Counted from the first letter of the stretch, positions 38,664 to 48,537 are shown. The stretch is 64,000 nt of DNA from Minisyncoccota bacterium (GCA_041664265.1 JBAYLD010000002.1:35505-99504), one strand, 5' to 3'. Notes: generated by a model from the sequence alone, not told the origin. Made by a program: numbers and translations.

Positions 38664-39945
38664 TGCGTGCAATATCTGACCTGACTTTCTCAGTCACATA
38701 GGCAAAATCGTCGATTATTTTCTGCTCGTCTCCTACGAGAAGGTTGTCCTGCCATAACAGTTTCTTACCGCCTACGATTACTCCCTCGACGACTATTGAG
38801 TCGTTTGTGATTAAGCTGTCCACTGGATTGGTTCTCGAGAAATGACTCCCGCGAAGGAGTGTAATATCCGCCTTCTTTCCGGGCTCTATACTGCCAACCT
38901 CGGTAAACATCCTGAGTGACTTTGCTGGGCTTATTGTAATCATATCCAGTATATCTTGAGCTGAGACATGACATTCCTCCGGACAAAAACGGTTATGAAA
39001 AAAATAACAACGTCTCGCTTCAGAGAGGACGCTGAAAGTCCCAGCTGTAGCAACGCCGTCTGTAGCTATGCTCACTGAGATGTTGTTCTGTAACAATGAC
39101 CAAATATCGGCTGTATTATCGGCAACACGCAAATTTGAAGAAAGACAGTGAACGAGAGACGAGTTTGATCGGTTAATCAACGAAGCATCCTCTGAAGAGA
39201 GATTGTTCCCATGGATGAGAAGTGTTTGTTTACCTAAAAGGTTGTATTTTTGAAGTACGTGGACCGACGTCAATCCAAACGCATCCTTAGATTCAGCCTC
39301 GGTCTTTGCCGTCTCCGCGATATGAGCCATAATTAATATGTCAGAATATTTAGTCTTTAAATCTCGCGCTAAAGACAACATCTCTTCGCTCACTGTCCCA
39401 AGAGAGTGCACAAACAATGCTGGACGCGAAATGGACTGGTTCAGTCCCAAATAGAATTTTTCAAATTGTTCTTCAATATTCTCACCAAACTTACCAAGTT
39501 TCGGGCTTTGCATAAGCATATAGGCAGACACATTGCGCAGTCCAAACGGCTCAGAAGACTCGTTTGTCCTCCCTCCAGCAATTGTTGTCGCGCCGCTTCT
39601 AATAAGTTGTAACAATGAATAGTCACATATCAATCGCCGAGCATCCTCAATTGTACTGGAAACAGTGGATAGTCTATTTGTAAATTCTATATATTTCTCA
39701 AGATCATACCAACCGTTCATAAAGCCGGTGTAAATAGTCTCCCCGAGATGTACGTGCGCGTTTATAAATCCCGGAGAAACAATGAGCCCAGAAGCATCGA
39801 TTGTCTCTTCCCCCGCCCTCAAATCGCCTTCATAATCGCCCTTGCCGACCACTGCGATAGAATCATCTACAATGTAAATATAACCGTGAGGGATAATCTC
39901 ACGATTTGCATTTTGGGTGATAATTGTTGCATTTTGTATCAGCAT
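38638..39945 (-). CDS. amidohydrolase-family metal-dependent deaminase (MTA/SAH or guanine deaminase-like)
   Basis: GFINAHVHL metal-binding motif; start at MLIQNATIITQ. Confidence 0.65.
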   Translation of the reverse strand: MLIQNATIITQNANREIIPHGYIYIVDDSIAVVGKGDYEGDLRAGEETIDASGLIVSPGFINAHVHLGETIYTGFMNGWYDLEKYIEFTNRLSTVSSTIEDARRLICDYSLLQLIRSGATTIAGGRTNESSEPFGLRNVSAYMLMQSPKLGKFGENIEEQFEKFYLGLNQSISRPALFVHSLGTVSEEMLSLARDLKTKYSDILIMAHIAETAKTEAESKDAFGLTSVHVLQKYNLLGKQTLLIHGNNLSSEDASLINRSNSSLVHCLSSNLRVADNTADIWSLLQNNISVSIATDGVATAGTFSVLSEARRCYFFHNRFCPEECHVSAQDILDMITISPAKSLRMFTEVGSIEPGKKADITLLRGSHFSRTNPVDSLITNDSIVVEGVIVGGKKLLWQDNLLVGDEQKIIDDFAYVTEKVRSDIARTTSSQTHE

Positions 39946-39951
39946 CTTAAT

Positions 39952-39986
39952 ATAAAAAATAAGGAGCGGCTTTCGCCTGCTCCTTA
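39952..39986 (-). terminator. rho-independent terminator after tmk
   Basis: ATAAGGAGC-AGGCGAAAGCC-GCTCCTTAT then TTTTTTAT on minus strand. Confidence 0.6.
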
Positions 39987-40580
39987 TGATAAAACACTTT
40001 CCACGTGGTGGGAAATAAGTGCGCTGATTCCCTCTACCGACAGAGAACCATCGACTACCACCCATGAAGCTTCTTTTGAGAGATCGAGAAAAACTTCTCT
40101 CTGCTTTCGGAAGAACTCGTTGCTCATCAGATCGAACTTGCTTTGCTCCAATTTCTTGTCCTTTCGGTGAGCCGCCTCCTCAATGTCAACATCAAGAAGC
40201 AATGTTAACTTTGGTCTCAAGCCGTTAATGGCAAGCGTAATGGCATTGAGGAGAAACGACCTAGAAAACCCGAGTGATTCGAAATAACTTACAAACGACC
40301 CGACTCCGCGATCACAGATGACGATTCCATTGCTTGAGATGAATGGAACGATTACCTGCGAAAAGAGTTGCGCTTTGCAAGCTAGGAAAGAAAAGAGTTC
40401 GACTTCCGGTGGCCTAGATTCTCCGCTGGTTAACACCTTCCGTATTCCTCTCCCAAGCTCCGTGCTTCCGAGGTCTTTTACTACGATCACATCTTTCCCT
40501 TGTTGTTGCAGATACTCCTTGAGAAGCTCGCACTGCGTTGTCTTTCCAACACCATCAACACCTTCGATTTCGATAATCAT
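39984..40580 (-). CDS. tmk: thymidylate kinase
   Basis: P-loop IEGVDGVGKTTQ; start at MIIEIEG with RBS GGAGGG. Confidence 0.8.
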   Translation of the reverse strand: MIIEIEGVDGVGKTTQCELLKEYLQQQGKDVIVVKDLGSTELGRGIRKVLTSGESRPPEVELFSFLACKAQLFSQVIVPFISSNGIVICDRGVGSFVSYFESLGFSRSFLLNAITLAINGLRPKLTLLLDVDIEEAAHRKDKKLEQSKFDLMSNEFFRKQREVFLDLSKEASWVVVDGSLSVEGISALISHHVESVLS

Positions 40581-40639
40581 TTTACCCTCCAATCTGATTT
40601 CCATGTTAAGAACAATGCTTCGGCACCATCCGAACGCTC

Positions 40640-40672
40640 TGTTTATATTGTAGCATACCTTTACAGATAATG
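40640..40672 (-). promoter_or_regulatory. candidate promoter TTGCAT-N17-TACAAT for tmk
   Basis: minus-strand TTGCATTATCTGTAAAGGTATGCTACAAT about 60 nt upstream of start. Confidence 0.35.
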
Positions 40673-40708
40673 CAAGCCCCCCCAGTTTGCAACGTATTTT
40701 AAGCCTTC

Positions 40709-42493
40709 TTATGGCTGGTATTCGCTCAGCTTTATAGCACCGAGAACGTACAGCCTCGTCATTGCTCGCGTTAGCGCAACATACAAGAGATCTTTCTGAA
40801 TTCGCTTTTTCTCCTCTTCATGTTCATCAATATTGTCACTTATTCTCCCGTTTCTGAATGAATGCCCGTCTATACCTACAATGAATACTGTGTCGAACTC
40901 GACACCCTGGGATTCCGCCATGGTTAATACATGAACCCGTGGATCATTCTGGAAGTGGAGTCTGAACGGCTCGAGATATTCAGCGCGTCTTGCAATAATA
41001 CCAACAGTGGGATCAGCCGCGGCGTTGAACGTCTTTTGTATATAATGAACCTGCTCCTCTTGTGTGTGCAGAATTTGTTCTTCAACCATTGGGCCATCTT
41101 TACTACTGCTCGGGACTGATATTGCATATCCTAGATCTCGAATATATGAGAGTATTTGTCGTGTACTTCGATAGACTCTTCCCAACTCAACGTGCTTATC
41201 TCCTGTTATGTTTTCTCCGATATCGTCCCAAGTGCGAATAGTCCCCACATTAATCTGCTGAGCCATATCGCCCACATATAATATTGACTTCGTATCAGTC
41301 GACAGACACCGTTTCAACAGTATCAATTGTTCCGGTAGGTAGTTCTGAAATTCATCGACAAGAATAAGTGAATACGCAAGCGCTGATTTTATGTAGCGCT
41401 CCTTTGGGACACCAAATTTTTCAAAAAATGCCAGCAAAAGAAACGTCAGATCAAACCTGTCGAGTACACCATGGGCTTTCTGCCGATCGAACGTCTTCAG
41501 AGCAGCTGGACTAAGATGTTGAGCATAGAGAGATTTTAACGCAACAAATGAACGGCGGCCAAATACGCATTTCAGTCCTTTTCTAAGCAACTTTAATTTC
41601 TCGTATTCATAAGCATCCCGTTCCTCATCATTGTCGCCGAATCTAAATGTGAACTCATGACCAGATATGTTGAGTATTTCAAATGCCCACTCCCAGAACG
41701 TGGTGATGCACACCCCTTTAATACCGAGATCGGGAAGGATCTCGGAAAAGTATTCTTTGGTAGCGGAATCTTGCACAAAGACAATAACTGAACCTCTATA
41801 GAAAAGCGAAGATGTATCAATTGACTGCATCAAAAATGCAATCCTGTGGAACGCGAGTGTTGTTTTGCCTGAACCTGCGGGACCGGATATTACCAGAGAT
41901 CCTTTGTGATGTGCTCGAATAATTTGATCCTGGGCTTTCTCCATTTGGGCCACTATTTCAGGGAGCGCAAACCCTGATTTCCGCTGGGTGAAAGGTTCTC
42001 GATATATGACTTCCCACAGGGCGTTCAGAGTTTCGCGAGTGTAGGAAAGAATTTTCTGGTCAATTATTGTAAACTTCTCCTTAGAGAGAAGCTGCGCCAT
42101 CTTTTTCTCCCCGCTCGGGAGTGTGTACGCGACGTCCCCAAGATTCTCAAAACGTATTGACGATATGGGTGCAACCCACGAATATATAGCCTCTTCTGAT
42201 AGGTTAAAGGTCGCGAAGTAAACAGTCACGATTTCTGGTGAAGATTCATATACCAATTCACATTTTATGAAGTAAGGAGTCTTATTGAGAAAAGTCAATT
42301 CTTCAATCCTTTGACTAAGATAGTAGAGCCGATTCGAATGCACGCCCAGATCGTCACTTCGAATACGGAAAGTCTCACTTTCCGCCTTTTCTTTCTGAGC
42401 AGTAATTACTTCGCGTGAATTGACGATTGTCTTACGCACTGCAATTAAATGCTTTCTCAAGCCAGATAGTAACTGTTCTTTGGTGGCTTCCAT
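40709..42493 (-). CDS. UvrD/HelD-family (helicase IV-like) superfamily-1 helicase
   Basis: Walker A GPAGSGKTT; LILVDEFQNY; YRSTRQIL; LYVALTRAM. Confidence 0.75.
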   Translation of the reverse strand: MEATKEQLLSGLRKHLIAVRKTIVNSREVITAQKEKAESETFRIRSDDLGVHSNRLYYLSQRIEELTFLNKTPYFIKCELVYESSPEIVTVYFATFNLSEEAIYSWVAPISSIRFENLGDVAYTLPSGEKKMAQLLSKEKFTIIDQKILSYTRETLNALWEVIYREPFTQRKSGFALPEIVAQMEKAQDQIIRAHHKGSLVISGPAGSGKTTLAFHRIAFLMQSIDTSSLFYRGSVIVFVQDSATKEYFSEILPDLGIKGVCITTFWEWAFEILNISGHEFTFRFGDNDEERDAYEYEKLKLLRKGLKCVFGRRSFVALKSLYAQHLSPAALKTFDRQKAHGVLDRFDLTFLLLAFFEKFGVPKERYIKSALAYSLILVDEFQNYLPEQLILLKRCLSTDTKSILYVGDMAQQINVGTIRTWDDIGENITGDKHVELGRVYRSTRQILSYIRDLGYAISVPSSSKDGPMVEEQILHTQEEQVHYIQKTFNAAADPTVGIIARRAEYLEPFRLHFQNDPRVHVLTMAESQGVEFDTVFIVGIDGHSFRNGRISDNIDEHEEEKKRIQKDLLYVALTRAMTRLYVLGAIKLSEYQP

Positions 42494-42514
42494 GAATGAG
42501 ACTCGGATTTTTGT

Positions 42515-43048
42515 TTACGCCTTCGCAAGTCCTTGGTTTTTACGCTGTTTGAGATACAGATTTTTGAAGTAGGTAGGGACATCGGGAAAATACTTCTTGA
42601 ACTGCTTTTCCGGCAAATATTGGATGGAGCGTATGATCTTCCGGCAGCCCTTTTGTCCGCACGCGCATTTCATTTCCCAGAAATCATCACCTTCTATAAT
42701 AGAGTAATCTATAGTTACCTCCTCGCCCTCTTTGATAGGCTTGAGGGCGACGATAACATACTTTCCTTTTACGCTCTTGTCCGACTTGTTAACAATGATA
42801 GTCCCATTGATTCCCGCATTAGGATTACACGAATGATTAAGATATTGATTAGGGTATTCAGGATCTATCCACTTATCTTTTCCCACACCTATCCAATTCG
42901 GATAAGAAAGGGACTCTTCTTTGTTGGTGACCGTAAGAAATCTTGCCTCACCACGTATTTCTTGAATGGCTTCACCCTTCTTAATTTTCTCTCCGGCAGA
43001 AACTCCCTTGCCTTCGATAGGACTTGAGCAAATATAAATATGCTTCAT
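42515..43048 (-). CDS. SET-domain protein-lysine methyltransferase-like
   Basis: NHSCNPN, EEVTIDY, post-SET CACGQKGCRKI; start at MKHIYICSS. Confidence 0.7.
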   Translation of the reverse strand: MKHIYICSSPIEGKGVSAGEKIKKGEAIQEIRGEARFLTVTNKEESLSYPNWIGVGKDKWIDPEYPNQYLNHSCNPNAGINGTIIVNKSDKSVKGKYVIVALKPIKEGEEVTIDYSIIEGDDFWEMKCACGQKGCRKIIRSIQYLPEKQFKKYFPDVPTYFKNLYLKQRKNQGLAKA

Positions 43049-43065
43049 GTTTTTCGGTGCCGCGA

Positions 43066-43074
43066 TTATACCAT
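43066..43074 (-). promoter_or_regulatory. extended -10 TGGTATAAT upstream of SET/helicase operon
   Basis: minus-strand CTTTATGGTATAAT, 18 nt before ATG, no RBS. Confidence 0.45.
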
Positions 43075-43108
43075 AAAGAAAGCCCCTCGTGGATATCCAC
43101 AAAGGGCT

Positions 43109-43681
43109 TTAACTCTTTCGTCTTGCGATCAAGAAGGTTGCCAGATGCACCGCCAGATGACTTGTCGGATATGCCAACTCTTCCCATCGTTTAAGTCTCA
43201 GAAGGACTGAGACGAGAAGGAGAGAGTACGCGAGTGTCCAGATGAGCCACGGCAACGGCCTTTCGACCTCCCTACCCGCAAGCTGTCCACGGAACATGGG
43301 CAGGAATGACAAGACGGTACTGACCTGGTAGAGCAAACTCGCAATCACGACATTGGTAAAAGCCCAGATGACCGTAACCGCTCCGTCTGCACCTACAAAA
43401 GCCCAGTCCGTTTTGTCTGGCCAACTGAACCGCTTCTTCACAATCGCGTAGCAGAAGGTGCTAATGGCCGCTACCGCACAAGCCGCCGGAAGAATGTTCT
43501 TCACCCAGTCGCCGGTGAGCACGGAGTACGACGCAAGGTCAACTATCCCTCCGAGCGCCCAGATGCTCCACGAGCCGGTGTTTATCTTCTCGCCAGCGCC
43601 TCTGTTGTAAATGAAGTAGCCGACCAGCTGCACCGCTCCGGCCGCAAAGCCGAGAACGACTGAAATCTCTGTGATGCCCAT
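43109..43681 (-). CDS. hypothetical polytopic membrane protein
   Basis: 190 aa, about 6 TM helices. Confidence 0.4.
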   Translation of the reverse strand: MGITEISVVLGFAAGAVQLVGYFIYNRGAGEKINTGSWSIWALGGIVDLASYSVLTGDWVKNILPAACAVAAISTFCYAIVKKRFSWPDKTDWAFVGADGAVTVIWAFTNVVIASLLYQVSTVLSFLPMFRGQLAGREVERPLPWLIWTLAYSLLLVSVLLRLKRWEELAYPTSHLAVHLATFLIARRKS

Positions 43682-43834
43682 CTGGCACCTCCTTTCTGTT
43701 TATTTGTCTGACGTTAAAAGACCAAGGTATCTGACACCTCGTCACCCTGTCGAGGGCGAGGAAACCTCCCAAATACCACCTCTTTATATCATAGCACATC
43801 TTCCTAAAAAATGCAAGAGGTGCGTAGGACAGCC

Positions 43835-44488
43835 CTATTTAATTAGGTTGTTGAACGCGTCATATGTTGGCTCGAATCCGTACACCGCTTTAAATAAAGC
43901 GTTAAACTTGTCTTTTGTTGGATTTCCGCCTGATTTCTTGATGTTCCGTAAAAGATCAAGAATTTTCTCTTTACCAAACGCCTTAACAAGGGCTTCTACG
44001 GCAAAGCCCGATTCTTTATAGACTCCAGCACCGCCAGTATCGAAGAATTCTAGAAAACTAGAAAATGATGCTGGTTTCTTTTTGAACTGAATATCGCCAG
44101 AAACATACCCGCTCAACCCCTCGGTCAGCCATATAGGAGTATGGCCGCCGTTAGTACTCGCGCTGAAAAATAGATGGCAGAGCTCGTGGGTGAGAAGCGC
44201 ATTATATTCTTCAACAGAATGCGCCCTATCTGATTCTGTCCCCATTTTTTCCCTTGCGAGCAGGAATACTTTGCGGTGCTCAGACCACCCGACTACCCAG
44301 GACTCCGTATTTTTAGTTCGCAGACAATCAATCGTCGCTCGATCTTCAACAATAAATACAGGAGGTAGATGCTGAGTCCAACCAATATCAAAGAAATCAT
44401 TGAGCCGCTTCATCGCGGCTACGTACGATTCTTCCAATTCATTATGAACGGGTTTGACGGTCAGGTTGAATAGGTGGTCCATACACAT
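43835..44488 (-). CDS. HExxH metallopeptidase-like protein
   Basis: THELCHLFF HExxH motif. Confidence 0.5.
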   Translation of the reverse strand: MCMDHLFNLTVKPVHNELEESYVAAMKRLNDFFDIGWTQHLPPVFIVEDRATIDCLRTKNTESWVVGWSEHRKVFLLAREKMGTESDRAHSVEEYNALLTHELCHLFFSASTNGGHTPIWLTEGLSGYVSGDIQFKKKPASFSSFLEFFDTGGAGVYKESGFAVEALVKAFGKEKILDLLRNIKKSGGNPTKDKFNALFKAVYGFEPTYDAFNNLIK

Positions 44489-44489
44489 T

Positions 44490-45104
44490 TTATTCTCCTA
44501 TTGCCTTAGCCACCGCCTCCATATTTGGGAAGAATTTTTCAAATGCAGGGTCAACCATTGAAATATCCTCCCTCATAATCTGCATCTTTGTGAGCCCCGG
44601 AAAATAACGCTCCAGAAGCAGCCCCACCAGTCGCTCTTTGCGCCAATGTCGCACCTGATACTGATCAATAAGATACTGGATAGTCATATGCACTATTTCG
44701 TGCACGACAGTGCCCGTTATGCCTCCTTGTAACTTGATAGTGATACGAACTATCACCTCATTTATATTTGCATTGTAACTTCCCCCTGAGCCGTACTTCG
44801 TCAGGACAACGCTATATTCATTTCCCAGATGGAACGACGGCTCATTCCTCATTTTTTCAAATCCATCGGGGATAGCCTGCCACTCGCGTTGTAACGCGGC
44901 GGCGCACTCGGCATAATCAGTCTCAACATATTCGCGTTTCACCGCATGTATCACCTCGTCCTCGTTTGAGTCTTTATGTATTCCTTCAGGAAGCTTGGCA
45001 AAGCCTGCAGGATATCCCTGTTCCAAATACCACGGAATTCTTTTTATAGCCTCCAGTACGCGCCGCACTTCCTGTTCAACGCCATATGAAATAGTGAGCT
45101 TCAT
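44490..45104 (-). CDS. HExxH metallopeptidase-like protein (paralogous architecture)
   Basis: VVHEIVHMTI HExxH motif. Confidence 0.5.
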   Translation of the reverse strand: MKLTISYGVEQEVRRVLEAIKRIPWYLEQGYPAGFAKLPEGIHKDSNEDEVIHAVKREYVETDYAECAAALQREWQAIPDGFEKMRNEPSFHLGNEYSVVLTKYGSGGSYNANINEVIVRITIKLQGGITGTVVHEIVHMTIQYLIDQYQVRHWRKERLVGLLLERYFPGLTKMQIMREDISMVDPAFEKFFPNMEAVAKAIGE

Positions 45105-45199
45105 AACTAATTTTTAGTAAACAATGGTGACTGCCTCCTTTTTTCCTGTCCCCTTTTTCCCAGTAACAACGTATTGTCCCACTACTTTTCCAATAATGT

Positions 45200-45697
45200 T
45201 CATAACGTCTCTTTTAGCAAAAGCGCACGCTCAAGCTGAGCATCACCACTCTCGCCCCAGTCAAAATACTTTTTCGCATCTTGCGGGTCAATGAGCTTTA
45301 TTTCTGTAACATCGCCATCAGGATCTGAAATGAATTCGCCTATCGGTTCAACGATGCACACCGAGCGAGCGCCCAGAGTCCGTTCTGGTTCTAAAATTTC
45401 CATATACCCGATCGCCTGTTGCTTCAGGACGCGCATATTCGTCTCTTCAAATACTTCGCGCACAACGGCTTCTTCAATCGTCTCACCAGGTTCTATTCCT
45501 CCCCCGGGTGGTCCCCAACTCCCCTTATTTTCTGCATACACAATGACGAGTTTATCACCGCAGAAGCAGAATCCATGCACCCCCTTCACTTTGGTTCCCT
45601 TCAGTTCATCAAATGCATCAAGATCACGATAGATAAAGGGTATCGTCTGCCCACTCGTGCGACTAACAAACGTCGAGCAGATTTCTTTGTGTGACAT
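45200..45697 (-). CDS. NUDIX hydrolase (paralog of 25284-25769)
   Basis: GPPGGGIEPGETIEEAVVREVFEETN. Confidence 0.75.
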   Translation of the reverse strand: MSHKEICSTFVSRTSGQTIPFIYRDLDAFDELKGTKVKGVHGFCFCGDKLVIVYAENKGSWGPPGGGIEPGETIEEAVVREVFEETNMRVLKQQAIGYMEILEPERTLGARSVCIVEPIGEFISDPDGDVTEIKLIDPQDAKKYFDWGESGDAQLERALLLKETL

Positions 45698-45708
45698 GTA
45701 TATATCAG

Positions 45709-45885
45709 TCAGAATAAAAATGCTCCATATAACCCAACCGCCTCGCGGATATTCGCGGTAAGTTCATCAAGGGTCTCTCCTTGCGTCACAATAGGTACAC
45801 TCACACCCTCCGCGACATAGCCACCATCGCTCTCGGAGATTTGAAAGATGATATGATACTTTTCATACTCAATAGTATACCACAA
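45709..45885 (-). CDS. HicB-like (UPF0150) antitoxin-domain small protein, non-AUG (TTG/ATT) start, no HicA partner seen
   Basis: translation ...YHIIFQISESDGGYVAEGVSVPIVTQGETLDELTANIREAVGLYGAFLF; TGGTATACT -10 at 45874-45882 overlaps the start region. Confidence 0.3.
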   Translation of the reverse strand: MWYTIEYEKYHIIFQISESDGGYVAEGVSVPIVTQGETLDELTANIREAVGLYGAFLF

Positions 45886-45895
45886 CGCACAGGAA

Positions 45896-46588
45896 TTATT
45901 CAGCTACCGCGAAGCAATAGAAGAGGCCGCCGCTGCCGGTCGTTGCCAGCTCCTCTAAGCTGCAGCCGCGTGAGAGATGGGACGAGTTCCATGACCTGGC
46001 TGCATCAGTATCGCTGGTGCCCTGCCGGTCATGATGCCCAACCATGGCACCGCCGCGGCGGTCTTCAGTCCAGTTGTCGCAGGTGACGTCTGTCGAGGTG
46101 GCGATAGCCCGGCCGTCGGGGCCCGAGCCAGTCAAGATGTCGTGCCAATTCGGCGTGTCGCCGCGGCCGTTTACTACCACACCCCTCTCGTCGAGCGCCG
46201 TCTGCTTGGTGATGAAGTTACCGTTGTGAAGCTGCTCTAAGCTCGAGGCGATCAACTCGCCGTTAAAGTTATTCCAGGGGCCGTTACCGATGCGGTCGCG
46301 TGCGTTTGTAGCCGACGTGTTCGAGGTTGCTTGCGTGCTCAAGTATGCGTGCCACGTCTTGTCGCCCGCGCCAGCCGAGCTCGCGAGCGTCTGACAATAG
46401 GCATCTGCACCCGCGAGCCCGCCCAAGTCACCGCCCCGGCCGGGATTCCTGCTCGTCACGAAGAAGGTCATCTCAGCTTGATTTTGCGATTGCGAGGGTA
46501 ACCCGGGCTGTCGCGAAGCGGCGAGGTACCAAATGCTTATGATCACGATCAGGCCGATGCCCAAACCAACGAGATATGGCGTCCGCAT
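45896..46588 (-). CDS. hypothetical secreted protein (signal anchor, Trp/Asn-rich domain)
   Basis: N-terminal TM LVGLGIGLIVIISIWYL; no known motif. Confidence 0.4.
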   Translation of the reverse strand: MRTPYLVGLGIGLIVIISIWYLAASRQPGLPSQSQNQAEMTFFVTSRNPGRGGDLGGLAGADAYCQTLASSAGAGDKTWHAYLSTQATSNTSATNARDRIGNGPWNNFNGELIASSLEQLHNGNFITKQTALDERGVVVNGRGDTPNWHDILTGSGPDGRAIATSTDVTCDNWTEDRRGGAMVGHHDRQGTSDTDAARSWNSSHLSRGCSLEELATTGSGGLFYCFAVAE

Positions 46589-46599
46589 ATTGTTTTATG

Positions 46600-47709
46600 T
46601 TAGGGGCTAACCGTGGTAATACTGACGGTCACTGGTGCTCCCGGGACTTGCGCTGATTCAACGATAGTCATCTCATAGGTGCCCTCTGCCACCAGCCCGG
46701 CGAAGATGCCGGTCGTCTTCGCGGTCTTGAAGGTGCCCTTTGAGGTGATCGTCGAACCAACGACGGTCGCCGTGCCGTTGTACGCGAGCGTGACATGCCC
46801 GGCCGGGATCGTGTCGATATCAATGTCGATCGTGCCTTGGTGCTGGCCTACACCATTTTTCGTCTTCAGGTTAGTGATAACCTTCAGCTGCGTGGCGGTG
46901 TTGGCGACGCCGTTAATCGTGATCGGGAACGCGCCCATGGTCGGCGGGATAGTCTCGAGCGGCGCTTCATACTGCCGATCCTTCACCTGGCCTTGGCCCA
47001 CCTGGCCAACGCGATCGAACAAGAGTTGCGTAGCGGGCAACGCGATATTCAGCGGGCCGGTCGGATAGCCGGGGCCAGAGACGCCGCCGGTGATAATCAC
47101 GCCCGCTCTCGCCTGCGCTTCGGGGGTCACATCCGCTCGCGCGGTCTCTGTCTGCCCAAACGCCATCAGGCTTTTAATCTTGGCCTCCAGCTCCTTGATC
47201 TTCGCTGTCAGCTCTTGGATCTTCTTTGTAGCGTCTGCCGCAGGCGTCTGTGCTACTTCTTCTTGTGCCTGAGCTTGTTCTTCAGGAGCGGCAATCGGCT
47301 TGGTAATCGCCTCTTCATTAGAATCTACAAGTGCTTTGTTAAGCTCCTTCCGCGTGAGCTCGCCCACGAATCCGGTCGCCGGGATGCCGTGTGCCTTTTG
47401 GAACTCGACAACCGCCTTCTTGGTCAGATCCATGAAGTTGCCCGTGATAATGATGTTCTTGTCGAAGAATCCTTCATCTTGCAATTCTTTTTGCAGACGA
47501 GCGACCTCGTCATCCTTTATCCCGAACCCGAGATTTTTTTCAAAATGGTTCCGCTCTGAAGATCCGGGGTTTGAAACTTCTCCGCCACTTCCCTCGCTGC
47601 CGTCCTCGCGCGCAAAAGCGGGAGAGACAATCATGAGTGCGAGAACCGTAATAAGAGCTATCACACCTGCCGAATAAACTTGTGGGATATGTATTGCGTG
47701 TGTTTTCAT
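46600..47709 (-). CDS. secreted protein with peptidoglycan-binding (PG_binding_1-like) domain, coiled coil and beta-rich C-terminus
   Basis: DDEVARLQKELQDEGFF...AVVEFQKAHGIPATGFVG. Confidence 0.5.
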   Translation of the reverse strand: MKTHAIHIPQVYSAGVIALITVLALMIVSPAFAREDGSEGSGGEVSNPGSSERNHFEKNLGFGIKDDEVARLQKELQDEGFFDKNIIITGNFMDLTKKAVVEFQKAHGIPATGFVGELTRKELNKALVDSNEEAITKPIAAPEEQAQAQEEVAQTPAADATKKIQELTAKIKELEAKIKSLMAFGQTETARADVTPEAQARAGVIITGGVSGPGYPTGPLNIALPATQLLFDRVGQVGQGQVKDRQYEAPLETIPPTMGAFPITINGVANTATQLKVITNLKTKNGVGQHQGTIDIDIDTIPAGHVTLAYNGTATVVGSTITSKGTFKTAKTTGIFAGLVAEGTYEMTIVESAQVPGAPVTVSITTVSP

Positions 47710-47765
47710 ATCCCGCCACCATACGAGGTAGCGCGTTAACTTTTCATTAAGAAAGATTCAAGGAA

Positions 47766-48266
47766 TTACCGCTTGTGCACGGCAAAGATGCGGATGGTGC
47801 GGAGCAACCCGTAAATGACTGCGGTGAGCACGACGTAGAGCGCAACTGCCGAGCCAAAAGGGATCGTCAGCCGGCCAAGCGTGAGATAGGCGAGGAGCCA
47901 CCACGCCGTTAGGGCGGCGGCGGAGCCGAAGGTAAAGGAGACGCGCCGGCGCGCGAGCGCCCACGAGAAGCCGATGACCAGCAGCGTGAGCAGAGTGAAG
48001 ATCCAATAGTTCGCGGTAAGTGCAGGCTGCAATGTTTCGTGGAGCGCGTACGCGACAACGGCGAGTGCCAGAGAAGAAAGGAGGAGGAGCGTCATGCCGA
48101 AGCGTAGTCCATGCGCGATAACGCGCAGGTGCGCGCGCTCGGCAGTATCGATCTCCCCGTCACGCATCGCGCGAATGTGCGCAAGCTCGCCCCAGATCGC
48201 CGTGCAGGCGCCGGTGAATGCGCCGAGCACTTGGCAGAAGAATAAGAAGAGGATCAGTTTTGTCAT
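47766..48266 (-). CDS. hypothetical membrane protein
   Basis: 166 aa, 4-5 TM helices. Confidence 0.4.
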   Translation of the reverse strand: MTKLILFLFFCQVLGAFTGACTAIWGELAHIRAMRDGEIDTAERAHLRVIAHGLRFGMTLLLLSSLALAVVAYALHETLQPALTANYWIFTLLTLLVIGFSWALARRRVSFTFGSAAALTAWWLLAYLTLGRLTIPFGSAVALYVVLTAVIYGLLRTIRIFAVHKR

Positions 48267-48291
48267 GGGTATGTATAGTGAACGTATCGAA

Positions 48292-48522
48292 CTATTTCTG
48301 CATCAGCGCCCCGAGCTCGGCGCGATATTTCTTCATCACCTCCATGCTTGCCTTCATCTCGTCTTCGCCGCCCTTCTTCCGCCGTTCGATCTCCTCGCCG
48401 ATCTTTTTGAAAAGCTGCGGATCCTTCGCCACAAGCTCAGTCATCTGCTCGCGCTGCGCCGCCGGCATATCCTTCAGCTTCCACTTGGCATATTGGTTGA
48501 TGAGAAAACTCTGGACGGACAT
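48292..48522 (-). CDS. hypothetical small charged protein
   Basis: start at MSVQSF; TGGTATACT directly upstream. Confidence 0.4.
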   Translation of the reverse strand: MSVQSFLINQYAKWKLKDMPAAQREQMTELVAKDPQLFKKIGEEIERRKKGGEDEMKASMEVMKKYRAELGALMQK

Positions 48523-48537
48523 ATGGTATAGTATACC
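48523..48537. promoter_or_regulatory. perfect palindrome TGGTATAGTATACCA = back-to-back extended -10 elements (bidirectional)
   Basis: reads TGGTATAGT on plus and TGGTATACT on minus. Confidence 0.45.

Noticed and set aside
46795-47559. 254-aa plus-strand ORF
   Set aside because: Antisense to the PG-binding secreted protein gene. Arg-rich, low-complexity translation with no motif, so treated as a shadow ORF.
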